Shown here piece by piece: positions 34,201 to 46,200 of a stretch of DNA of 64,000 bases. The notes under the pieces were generated by a model. The model searched no databases. It was given only the letters and a program-made list of their open reading frames with translations, and was not told the DNA's origin. Both the position numbers and the translations under genes were made by a program. The DNA is from Botryllus schlosseri (Eukaryota). Where the stretch lies: NCBI GenBank assembly GCA_051294905.1, contig CM119372.1, positions 10,604,001-10,668,000 of the forward strand, written 5' to 3'. Position 1 is the first letter of the stretch. The number at the start of each line of letters is the position of its first letter.

Positions 34201-37200
34201 TAAGTCAACTAGTAAAGTGCTGAGTCCGAGTCCAAGTCATTATGTTCACTGTTCAGTTTTCAGTTCAATCCAGTTCAACCCACTTTTTTCAACTCTTCTC
34301 GAGTTATTTAATGACTCGCATTCATAATATAATAATTTTCCTCAAAGTTTCTGACCCTATTTTTCCAGTATCAGAAATGATAGACGAAGTACCAATAATG
34401 TGGTAACTTTACTATTCTTCGAAGTTGGAATGAAAGGTCTGCCTTGCCGTCCTAGTCTCGAGTCATATGACTTGGTTCAAGTCACGCACAAGTTCTACTT
34501 GAGTACAAGTCGAGTCATTTTACGCATTTGAAAAATTGAATAGTATATTCATATTGAAATGAACCCGAATATTTTCGGCTGACACTCGTCAGGGGTAATC
34601 GTCAGCAACTAGTAGAGAATTGGAAAGAACATTGTATATCAACAATCGTATCACAAAATATGACGTCACCGGCATGAAAAAACTCTGTCAACAGAAGGAG
34701 TTCGTGTACCACCTAAAAATAGTACATTGAACGCTCTCTCTTTCATGCCGGTGACGTCATATTTTGTGATACGATTGTTGATATACAATGTTCTTTCCAA
34801 TTCTCTACTAGTTGCTGACGATTACCCCTGACGAGTGTCAGCCGAAAATATTCGGGTTCATTTCAATATGAATATACTATTCAATTGTATATTGAAGTTC
34901 TGTACCTCCAAGAAGCTCTTCAAGCATTTGAAAAAATGACTCGAGTCAAGTCGATTCACTAAAAAATCGTGATTCGAGTCAGACTCGAGTCGAGTCATTA
35001 CAACCATGGGCAATAATATGAAAGAGAGGTGCGAATAGTCTCATTTTGAAACCAACCTGTAACCAATTGTGAGATCCGTAGCCCATAATACTTGTTTGAA
35101 TTCGTGATTTATGTAGGTGACAAAATCGATCGAAAAGTGACCGACGACTCCCCTGGCCCGTGACGCTTCAGCGATTCTCACACATGTAGCCTCCAACTGC
35201 GCTGGTTCCACGGAAGCCTGCACAATGCACAAGTGACGCATTGGGACCAATCATTTGAAAGCGGCAACATAATCGCCAGAGGATGTCAGTAATGAAATTC
35301 TAGTGCGGTGGTTCCTAACATGGACGATTTTGAGAAACAAGGGGGCGAAAATACCAAACACAGCCAAAAAATGCACGTGAAGACGGCTTATTCTGTGTAT
35401 GACGCGAAAATTTACTAAATAAATGGTCAACCCAACAGAAAGTAGTCGCGGAAGCCGGTTTTCCGAGCACCATCTGGGAAAAATGACCCTTTCTTTAGTC
35501 AATTCACCAGCGATCAGAGTTAGGTGAATAATTTCCTGTTTATATGTCCTCTTTTTCTCACTTGTAATTGAGTAGAAGTGTACAGAGAGAGTTATTTCTA
35601 CTTTGAGTACAAACGATGACAACTGCGACCACCACTTACTTTTGGAAATCACTACTTCCACCTGCAGAGTAGAAATTTACAGATCTACTTCTACATCTAC
35701 TCAAGTGCCAACGCTGACTGCTTGATTATCTCTGGCAATCGCTCACTTGCGGCACAGACACTCCCCAGCTCGTCAATTCGTTTCCGGCGTGAATTTGATC
35801 GCCACAGGACAACATTTGCACGAGTCCAGTCGGGTCTATGAACATATCGACGGTGAGACAGGTGATGCTGTCCGAGGGCGGGAATGCTTCTATCACTCCT
35901 CCCTGAATTTTGAGATGATATTACGGACAACGTGATGCAAAGCTTATAATATATTATATTATATATTAAAGTCACAGTAACTCACCTGGCTAAGAAATGC
36001 TTCTATAAAGCCGTTCCAAGTCTTGAAGCCTTCCGCGGAGGCCGGTTTCGCGTGTCTCTCGAGACATATCGGAATCTCATTCAGCATCTTGTTGTAGGCG
36101 GCGTCCTGCAAAACAACTTGAAAATGAGTGAAATGAATGAAAATTTTTGACGTGAGGTCACGTGTCACCGACCATGGCATGACAAAAAAGATTAATTTCC
36201 AGGTCAAAATCAATTCCCGTGACACAGCCAAGATGCAAATGCAGAGGTCGCAGACACTGAGACGAAGGAAATAAATATAGGGTCACAATGACGAAAACGA
36301 GAAAAAAAATATGTTAGTTAAGTACAAGTAAAAATTAGTTGTTATACGCAACGATTTGGGCACTAGAATCCGAGTCGAGTCGATTGGCTTTATCATAGTA
36401 TCCAAAGCATTTTTGAGTGGTGATTAACCCAGAGCATCATCACATAGTTAAGGTTAACAAACAAGGAAACATTTACTTGCTAAGTCTAACTGGGGTTCTT
36501 TTCTTTGCTGTTACATGAAGGGTACATATTTCAACTTTGTAATTCGCTCTTAATATGTATGGCGTCATAGTGAGTGGTACACTACTCGAGGTTTAATACT
36601 TCCAACCACTGATATACCTGCGCCCATCTTTTACTCCACTTTTCGCCGTAACGAATGCTTTCTTTCACCATCCACGCATAACTCGGCAAGTATCTGAAAC
36701 ATATTCCGCATCGTTATCATCTTCAAGCCTTTGCCGACATCCAATCTCACTTAGCGATATCGATATAAGCGATTCCACGCCCTCCAAAGCCATTATCGGT
36801 TTTGAACAACCATCTCCTAATGTACGGATTATCGCAAACAAGCCTCGATAAGTTCTCGTGCAGCTGCGGTAACGAATACACATCATGTTCCCCGGGCGGG
36901 CACATCGCTTTGGCGGCAGCAAATATTCTTCTAGCGCCGGACTTACTGCTATAAAGGTGACAAATCTAAAGAGATATCATGTCAGTTACTCGTGTTCAAT
37001 TTAATGTTATCAAGCCAACGCACCTCAGGATCAGATCCCAGAATGGGAATTCCAAGGTCGTCAGCTACAGCTACGTCGTCCTTGTGTACGATGGACGGAA
37101 CTAAATAAGCCTCGCGGCCTTTGATCAAACGCTCTATTCTCTTCATAGCGCGGGGGCTGTACTTTAGCAAGGACGAAAGGCACATCTGGTGCGTCTGCGT

Positions 37201-40200
37201 TGAAAATAACGTGACATACATTTATTATAATCCTGCTTTCAAACATCCCAGGGCTGTGGAGTCGGAATCGTGGTTTCAGAGTTTGAGTTTTTTTATATTT
37301 TCTCTTGATGGAGTGGTTGTCGCAGCAATTCTGTAAAACCGTTTGGAGCCAGAGTTTGTCAAAAAGACTCCAACAAATATTCTCAAATGTTACTAAAATG
37401 TGAAGTTGCAGTTGCTGAAGTATCAACTCTTTTATGTACCGGTATGGTAATGAATTCGACGTAGGATGACCTTCACACACTAAATTTCTTTGTGTGAGAG
37501 TGAGCACAATATCTTTTTAATTCTAGAGGTAGATTCACTTGGTTAATAATACTAATAACTACAAATGTAATTGATGTATAATTTTCTGAATAGATTTACA
37601 GGAATGTCAGGGTTCTGTGAAGTAAATATTATAGGAGTCGGTGGTAAAGTGAAACAACTCCACAGCCCCGAAACATCCGGTGTCACTTACTGGAAATTTG
37701 TTCAGCGCTTCCGGTACAACGATAGTGAATCGACTAGACAAGTCTTCGACATTGGCTGGATCGGAATTCTGCACGGCCGACCTGAGCCCGAGTAATTTTA
37801 GGTAGTAATTCTCTAATTCTTCACCGATAGGAACTGGAGATACGTATATGATGTCGACATTGGGATCTGAAAATAAGGCGACACGGTCAAAGTAGTAATC
37901 ATTGCTCCACAAGCAGAGGTACAAGTAACGCCCTAAATTTCTACTCAATCACAAGTACAAGTACCTATCTCAAGTAGAATGATCTGAAAAGTGTTATGTT
38001 CGTGTATTTACGTTGGCCGATAGAAATCAGTTTGTCTCCTATTTCTAACAGGGTAACGTCTACCTGACGTACGAGCAGGACTAGCTGCAGGACCTTGTGC
38101 CCTATTCCTAACCAATGGACAAACAGACAAACTGATTTCTATCGGCCAACGTAAATACACGAACATAACAAAAAGTACTAAGTAAAGAGTTTCAAAAAGT
38201 CGATATTGTCGAGATGATGCATATTTTAGTAGTAAATCGGAGGGGATTACTTTAAAAATTTCAAGATGAGTGTTTTTTCGTAACTTTGAAAAATGACCGA
38301 TGGCACTACAAATAGAGCAATTCCGCCCAGATGTTATGATAATTTCACTCACAAAAATGATGCAAACCCATCAAAAACCACTTTCTTCACATTTGTACTG
38401 TACAAAAACCCAAGTATAAAAGTAAGCAGTTTGGCATCAAAAACTGTTAAGAGAGGAAGTAGTCTGAAAACATTAACACTTGACTAAGCAGTGCAATAGA
38501 CGAACCAGTTACTGACCACCTCTGAAAATACGGAAGCAGAAAACTTCCTACAATACGTATTTAATTTCAAAAAACAAAAGCGTGGGCAGGAACAGTGTCG
38601 AATGTGCTGATTCCTAGTCGAAAATACCGCACTTTATGATATCATTATGACATATCAAACAATCACAAACCCTGCTGACCGTACCTCTCAATTCGCACAA
38701 CCTTCCCATTTGCGCATTTTGTTTCCTGTCAAAATGCGGAACGCCTAATCGTACGTGAGACGGATAGCCGAGAGAAGGGATATGAATCACGATGCGGCGC
38801 GACGAGCAGATTTTCGTCCACTCAGAAGCCAGGGTCTGGAAGTAGAACTACAATTGGTACGTGTCTCTAAAGCAGGGGCGCCCCATTGCTGCCCGAGACT
38901 AGGCTGCTGGATTGTCCCTATCACGGTGGTTTGAAGATATTGCTATTGAAATATGACTCAAATAAAGACTCAAATCAAAAACATTCAGATATGATAGTAC
39001 GTTACTTTTCGTAAAATGTAGAAGTAGTTAGTTACTGATCATCTCCGAATCAAACTGACATAAGGTAGTCATACCTTGGATCGTGCATGAAAGTTTTCAG
39101 TTTGCATTCTTCTGATATTCTTCAGTTGCTTTCTCATCCGTGTCATGCGCACGTGCAATATCCAAGATATCGCAATCACTCCTGCGGCCCACCTAACAAA
39201 TATATTCAACGTTGTTCCCACATAATCTCTATTTCTTTCCACACACAAGCAGAAACAGCGTAAAATAGGATAGATCGTATTATATTTTTGTCCTTGATGT
39301 TTTTGCGGCATGTACACCGACTCATGATATACATACACACGATCTGTGCTTAATGCATACCATGAGTGCATGATGTGCATATGCCTCTAGACAAGGGGGG
39401 TGCAGAAATAGCCTTGTAAGGCTTTCTAAGTCTTGCACCACCGGTCCATGTTATCCCGGTACTACTGAGCACCAAGCGGGGAAGCCATGGATACCAGTGT
39501 TACTAATCAGGTCTTCGGTCTGACCCGGCAAGGAGTTGAACCCACGACCTACCGATCAAGTAGCCAGACGCTCCACCATTATGCTATCTTGTCGGTAGAA
39601 TAACTAGGTTACTTTAAACTTGTTGAAATTTCGCCCAAATTTCATGAGTCTCCAAAATATATGAAACAAACCTGCTCTCGAACTGAACAAAGAATAACGT
39701 CCAGGATAGCAGGTGGCTCAAAGTCGTGGCCCCAAAGTCATATCATGCGCTGCGTAGTTATACTTACAATACTATAAGAGATGTTGCCTTGTTGTGTGTT
39801 GGTGAATACTTATTTAGGATGCTTATATATTTAATAACCGTCCAAAGATGTGTAATATAACGATATTTTCAGGTGTAATTAAAACATTATATAGGCATAA
39901 TTACAAAGACCCAAGAAATGGCAGAGATTATTATCACCTCTGTTTCCTGTATATCAAGTAGCTTTTGCGAGCACGGTATCTCCGCCATGTAGCCTGAATC
40001 TTTGTAGCGGCAACATTCGTTCCATCCGTACCACGAAATCTCTGACCCGGCACAGCCATCAGCTTGGCGACAGATTCAGCATTTTCCAGCGTTTCTATTA
40101 GTTCTTGATGCGTTGGTTTGAATTCCATTTCGTACTCATGTGCCAGCTCGACAAATCTGCATTTCAGAAATCAGTTGTTACAATGTACAATTCGAGAAAA

Positions 40201-43200
40201 GAACAGATCTGCATTCATCAATGATAAAAAGACATAATTTTGATGGAAGCATTGTAGTGGGTATCTTAGACAAAAATGAAAAGTAAGTTTCTGTTGTAGT
40301 AAGATTCAGACAGGGATTAGAGATGTGCCAAAAATTATCCAATTCTCTACTTGTTGCTGACGATTACCCTTGAAAAATGTCAGTCGAAAATTTTCGGGTT
40401 CATTTCAATATGAAAATACTATTCAATTGTAAGTTCTGTACCTCAAAGAAGCTCTTCAAAGAAATTATTAAAGACAATATAATACATGATTAGGTTGTTC
40501 TATGAATTACATTTTTCCAGGACACTCATTGTCATTGACTGAGTGTCAACTGAATCTCGTGACCAGGGTCATCCAACTGGAGCCAAATCCATGTTGGATT
40601 GATTTTTGCCAGCTGTGCCGAATAAATGAGCCCGAGTCTATTAATCTATAATAGTCGTACAGCAGATAACCAAGTCATCATGTTTACACTACCTCCACTT
40701 CTACTTACTTAGAATTTTGTAAAGTAGAGTGGAATTTGTAACAACGACTGGCCAGAATAGGCCTAGTATCACAGTAACTGACTGTATTTTAGAAAATTGC
40801 ACCTATTTGCCGTGTCATTAGTCATCACATGCAAATTACGAAGATGTACTTTGCAATTTCGAGATTAGCTACCTCTGATTAACTGCTAAAAATAGTTAGG
40901 AAAATTATTACTTTAGTAATTTCAAGCCCTTCATTTTCTATTTCTATTAGTAGTCGTTTTGACGTCTGGTAAATCACTACTCGTACCTGTAATTGAGCAT
41001 AAATTCAGGGTGCTACATCTACTTTGCCAATCTCTGCGTACATATAATCAGGCCTCCACATATTCCAATAATTTTTTTTACAAAAAATTCTTTTACAAAA
41101 TTCAAGAAAACTGTCCATACCTGTCACCGTGCACTCTAGCAACAGGTACTGCGTAGTCACACAATAGTCTTTGAAGTCTTCCCAGCATCGTGATGATCGG
41201 CCCCCAGTTTAACAAATACCGTTGCCTGAACGCAGCGAATTCGGGGTCCAAGGTAGGCGGATTGAGAAGAGCGCCGTCGCGGAGATTGAATTGGTATCCG
41301 TCCGACACTGGCACGAGCTGCGACCCTTCTTCTTTGAGAGCGGGGGTCACGGGTGGGGGTTGCGGGTGATCCTGGATTAAGTCTGGAATTAGCTGGTTTC
41401 GCTACGCGCGGTCGCCTTCGGAACGTACCATGATTTGAAGAGGCGCTTCAAATGTCGTTAACGTTAATGGTGTGCGGGATACGAGCGAATTCGCAGACTT
41501 GTGGTGTGATAATATCGGAGAGTGAATCATAACTGATCGAACCTGAGGAGATCTTGTGCCTGCAATTGTGATTAGTAGGGCGGTTTTTTTTTGACATGTC
41601 AAAATTTGTCAAAATTTTGTCAAAATTGTAGCGTTAGGTCAAAATTTGTCAAAATTGTTCATAAAGTCAAAATTTTTTTGACGTCTGTATTTTGTTTGTA
41701 TCGTAGATTTTGCGCTGTCGGTGAACGTATCATTTGATATTTTACAGCTTGTAGCCTACTTTATAGGCCTACTGTTGTAAACGGCTAATTGTCTGCTCAT
41801 ACTGAATCATAAACGGTCAAATAAATCAAATAGGTGGACATGGTATTATGGTCAACGTACCGCAATATCCTAACTGGGCATCATTCTTATATTGAGAAGC
41901 GCATGATGAAAAATTGTAATAGACAACATTGTCAGAATGAAGCAACATGGTGTGTCACCAGTAGTGTATGCACAACTTGAGTGTTGTCAACCAACAACTG
42001 CTGCTGTTGAACGTCCTTGGCAAGTAAGGACATGCACTTTTTACCCAAGAATATAGGAAAGTATCTCTCGTTGTACTACAATTTTTTTCAAATTATTTCC
42101 ACCATAATACGTATTGCAACCACTGGAATTCTTCATAGGATCAGATTTCGTTAAAATATTGTTTTTTATATGTACAAAGTTGCCTGTTTCTCTGCCAAAA
42201 ACGTTTTTTCAGGCCAAACTACTTTGTTGGGACAGCCAGTTACAACCGGAAATGTAGGTAACTGGTACAATTTTGAGATTATTTGGGAAAACACCTAATT
42301 TGCATACGTTAGGTCAAAATTTGGTCAAAATTCAAGTTTTTTAGGTCAAAAAAAGTCAAAATTTTGATTTTTTAGGTCAAAATTTTCTTTTTTTGGGGTC
42401 AAAAAAAAACCGCCCTAGTGATTAGTAATATTTATCGCCTTGGTATCGTAGTGTAGACTAGCCCGTGTTTACTATCTTATCTCTGAAATATTCATGCAAT
42501 ACCTACTGTCCTTAATCGCTTGCACATTTTATAAGATGATGCCTGTGTTTTCTCATTAATCATGCCTGACTCTTGTCAGCAATGTTCCCTCTAAGCTGCG
42601 CACGTGCGCAGTGCTGACACGGTCTCTGCGCACAGAAAATCTAAGCTCCGCACAAAAACCTTAAGTGACGACCCTTTTTTTAGTCGTTACGCACTGTTGT
42701 CCAAGGGTCTGCGCAGTGAGTTAGTGAGTGTGCGCAGACTTGTCAAAAATTAGAGGGAACATTGCTTGTCAGCATATCTTTTTCTCTACATACCAATGCA
42801 CCAAGTTCAATGCATCTTTAAGTAACTTCTCGAGGTCATTTCGACAAGTTTTTCGTAGTGATACGATGCTATTTAAACAACGAACGATTATTATCAGTCA
42901 TACGGTTGATTGACTTATTCTACGCTCAGAAAATCCTATACTCATCAAGATAGAGTAGGATGGAAACGGCATAGTGGACAAGAACTATAAGAAGCATGCC
43001 TTGGAAAAGGTAATGCCCGGAAAATAATTCTTTCAAGTACAACTAGAAGAGCTGGGCAAAATCTAGAATCCAGGTGATTAGATTCGAAGCCGAGTATATT
43101 AAGTGTCGAGTCGACTATTCGAGAACCACCTATTATGACTTGAAAACAGCAATAATGATATGATATGTATCTTTTATGCTACCACGAAGGAAACGATTCC

Positions 43201-46200
43201 AGTTCTATACGATCCAAAATAATTTTGCATTTGTGCACCAAGACTATTTCATAGTGCTTCATGACCAATGTGAGGATCGATCAAAACCCGACTCATACGA
43301 CTTGACTTAAATCATTGCAATTGACACTCTACTTAGATTTCAGTACTGGAATCTTTGTGTTCAGCACTATCTATGATATAACGTCACTGTTACAGAAACA
43401 CAGAAAATTACTAACCGCCAGACCGTGTCCTTGATTGATTGGCACTAGAGGGAAGGCCCATTGGAGATCCAGCCACGTCATCAGATGTGCCCAGTCGTTG
43501 TGATGTGTCATCGCGAATTGTGTTTCTGTCGTCCAGATCATTATGGGAAAGGTCAAGCTTGATAGACGCCATATGATGACTGTCTTCTGCAGTAAAACAA
43601 GTTTGATCGGTAAGGGGTATTTAGCAAACTTCTAATTGGGTTTGCGACTGATTGTACTTTCAGTGCTGACGTACTGAGTTGGATAGTAACGAAGCACTTC
43701 TACTTTTCTTGGAGTACTGAAATAGATTTTGTGTTCTTGTACTGGTTACTCGAGTGGCTATCTTTTTAGATAAATTCTACTAGACTACAGTTTTTCAAGC
43801 AAAACGAATCACTTATTACACCTTGGAATTTGAAAATCACAATGCCGTTTTGCGATAAGTTTGCATCACTTTTAAGAGTGAAAATTTCAAAAGAACCGCA
43901 TAACTGAATATCTTTTTTGAAGATAGTATTTGATTATGATGTAGTCATTTGGAGTTAGTTGTGAAGATACATGCTTTTTGCAACCACTTACTTGAGTACT
44001 TGTCATACCCTTTCACTTTCCACTTCCACTTTAAACAGTTTCGACATGTCCCGAAAATTGCTACTTATATTTTGTAATACCGAAATTTTCCATGTATAAT
44101 GCGCAAAATTTTACCGATTTTTTGTCCTAAAATCGGCAGTGCGCATTATGCATGGGTACAACAAGTCTTGAAAAAAATCTCGCTCGAACTAAAACTTGAA
44201 ATCACACCTTTCTTCGTGTTTGTTGTCAATCGCGCATCACACTCAGCCATCGTGCCCATTAACCCTACTCCCGCGGTCGGCCTCCAGGCCAAATTTTAAT
44301 GCATCAACCAAAAAGTTCATAAAACGCGAACAACGGGACTTGAACCGACGCCCAATATATCGCCGTGATCAGGAAATAGCAGCCTAACCAACTGAGCTAC
44401 TCGGAAGGCTCAGGCGAGAGAGGTGACGATGATATTGAAACCAGTCTACGCGATTTCTCAAAAGTGAAAGAGAAATTTGTTTTTCGTTTTCACGTGACGT
44501 GATACATAATCCTTCCCATGGTGAATGACCACGTGGTTGTCTTACATATCAATTTCGGCATTCAAACAAGACATTACTGAGCTTGAAATCTTTACGCAGC
44601 CGAGCGCACCGCGACTGGGAAGTTTTCGTTATAAGCGTTACTCACGGCCGCCGCTGATTACGTCATCGCGATAGAGGCAACGCGCGATGTAATTCGTGTT
44701 TATTTGGCTTTGCCTGGTCCAGTTATATAAGTCCAAATCCATGTTACTGATCTTATAGATACTATTGATCGTACATAACTAACAAAATGTTCAATTTGCA
44801 ACTGCACAAGGCCATCGTAAGTAAATATATTGCCTTGTTTGACACTTCTCATAGGCGCGCGATTTCTCTTGTTGCTTCATTTCATATCAATTTGAAACGT
44901 GTTCTACACATCGAATGTCCGATACAGGTTCGTCAGTATATGGGCATATGATCAACATCTATTCAATGAAGTCCACAGTAACTTCGTGTAACATATAAAA
45001 CGTATGATTCAACTGTCTGTATGATGTTGTTATTACAGGCGCGAGTACCATACACTCGCGCCAACTTACACACCCATGTCTGCAGTGTTTAGCACTGGCG
45101 TCGTGTAACTTATATAAGACCAAACTTCGTGATACTGATCTTGTTGAAGTGTTATGGACTGCATCTAACTATGTGTGTAACATTCAACTGTATAAGACAA
45201 TCGTAAGTGAATGTATATGGCCTTATGCGGCAATGCTCATACGTGCGCAGCATTTTTCATGTAACAGAATATTGCTTTATTTCACACAAATTTGAAGCGT
45301 GTTCTATCCAACTAATTCCCGATATTATGGTTGCAATGAACTCTTGCGATCAACAACTACTCTAAAACGACAACTGTGTCTGCTTACGACGTGTAGAACG
45401 GAAGATATAAGGAATTATAAGATTAGCGTTCATTCAGGCGAACTGAGCTACACATTGTATTTTGTGGGAAACGTTTTTCTGTATTCAATCTGCATTTTGA
45501 ACAGGTTATGCCATAAGGCAATGGGTTATATATAGCTGGTCGTATGCGTATCGACAAACGCTATTTATAGACGATCATTGCAACCGTTTATGACCCCTAC
45601 AACGCAAGATGTCGTTAATTGATTGAAGCGTGTTTGTGAAAAACTGTGCATGGATCCTCTAGGATCCACCCGCGGCGAAAGGGTTAATTCGTATTATCGA
45701 TGTTGCGCGCTGCCAATTAGCGAGATTCATCTGCGCTGCACAACAGCACGCGATGTTCTGCCGAGTTGGTTTGCGATTTGTACGCGAGCGAAAGTAGGTC
45801 ATTGATCCTCGCTAATTTATCGCTTCAGCAACAGGCCTGAACATTCGCATCTATAACACAAGCCATGTGCGCAAGATATAATCGCTGGCCTAAACAGTCG
45901 CATCTCCAACAGGCCTGGTGCTCATGATATAATCGTTGGCCTGAGAAATCGCATCTATAATAGGCCTCGTGCACAACATATCGCCGCAGGCTTGAACTAT
46001 CACGTCACGGGCCTCGCAGGCTTTGGCTGCTATCTACAATCGTTTGGGGACAATGCCGTTAAGTGTATAATGATTACTGATTAGCGATAGTTATGTCATG
46101 ATTGTTCAGCAGTGACATCGCAAAACAGAATGACATCGAATTGCCGCGAGCAGACTTCAATGTGCGTAATCGATTTCTGTAAATACTAAAACATAACCAT

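Larger units (their letters stand above)
34534..34923 (+). mobile_element. Penelope-like retroelement fragment: inverted pseudo-LTR plus direct LTR plus tail
   Basis: Perfect 146-bp inverted repeat (34534-34679 / 34741-34886), 37-nt 3' extension, TSD GCATTTGAAA (34524-34533, 34924-34933) and a hammerhead motif in each arm. Confidence 0.7.
34103..35008. mobile_element. GACTCGAGTC-repeat hAT MITE hosting a Penelope-like insertion
   Basis: Ends CAGGGTAGTAAC / TTACAACCATG; TSD (C/G)GCAATAA. Confidence 0.8.

Noticed and set aside
34815..34821. Alternative hammerhead using the upstream CTGACGA
   Set aside because: It gives no stem II closing next to GAAA and no stem I; the downstream CTGACGA gives a complete fold.
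44326..44409. Possible tRNA gene on the minus strand
   Set aside because: A and B boxes are present but the acceptor and anticodon stems do not pair.
45834..46020. CRISPR-like repeat array
   Set aside because: Units are similar along their whole length with no unique spacers; eukaryotic context with no cas genes.
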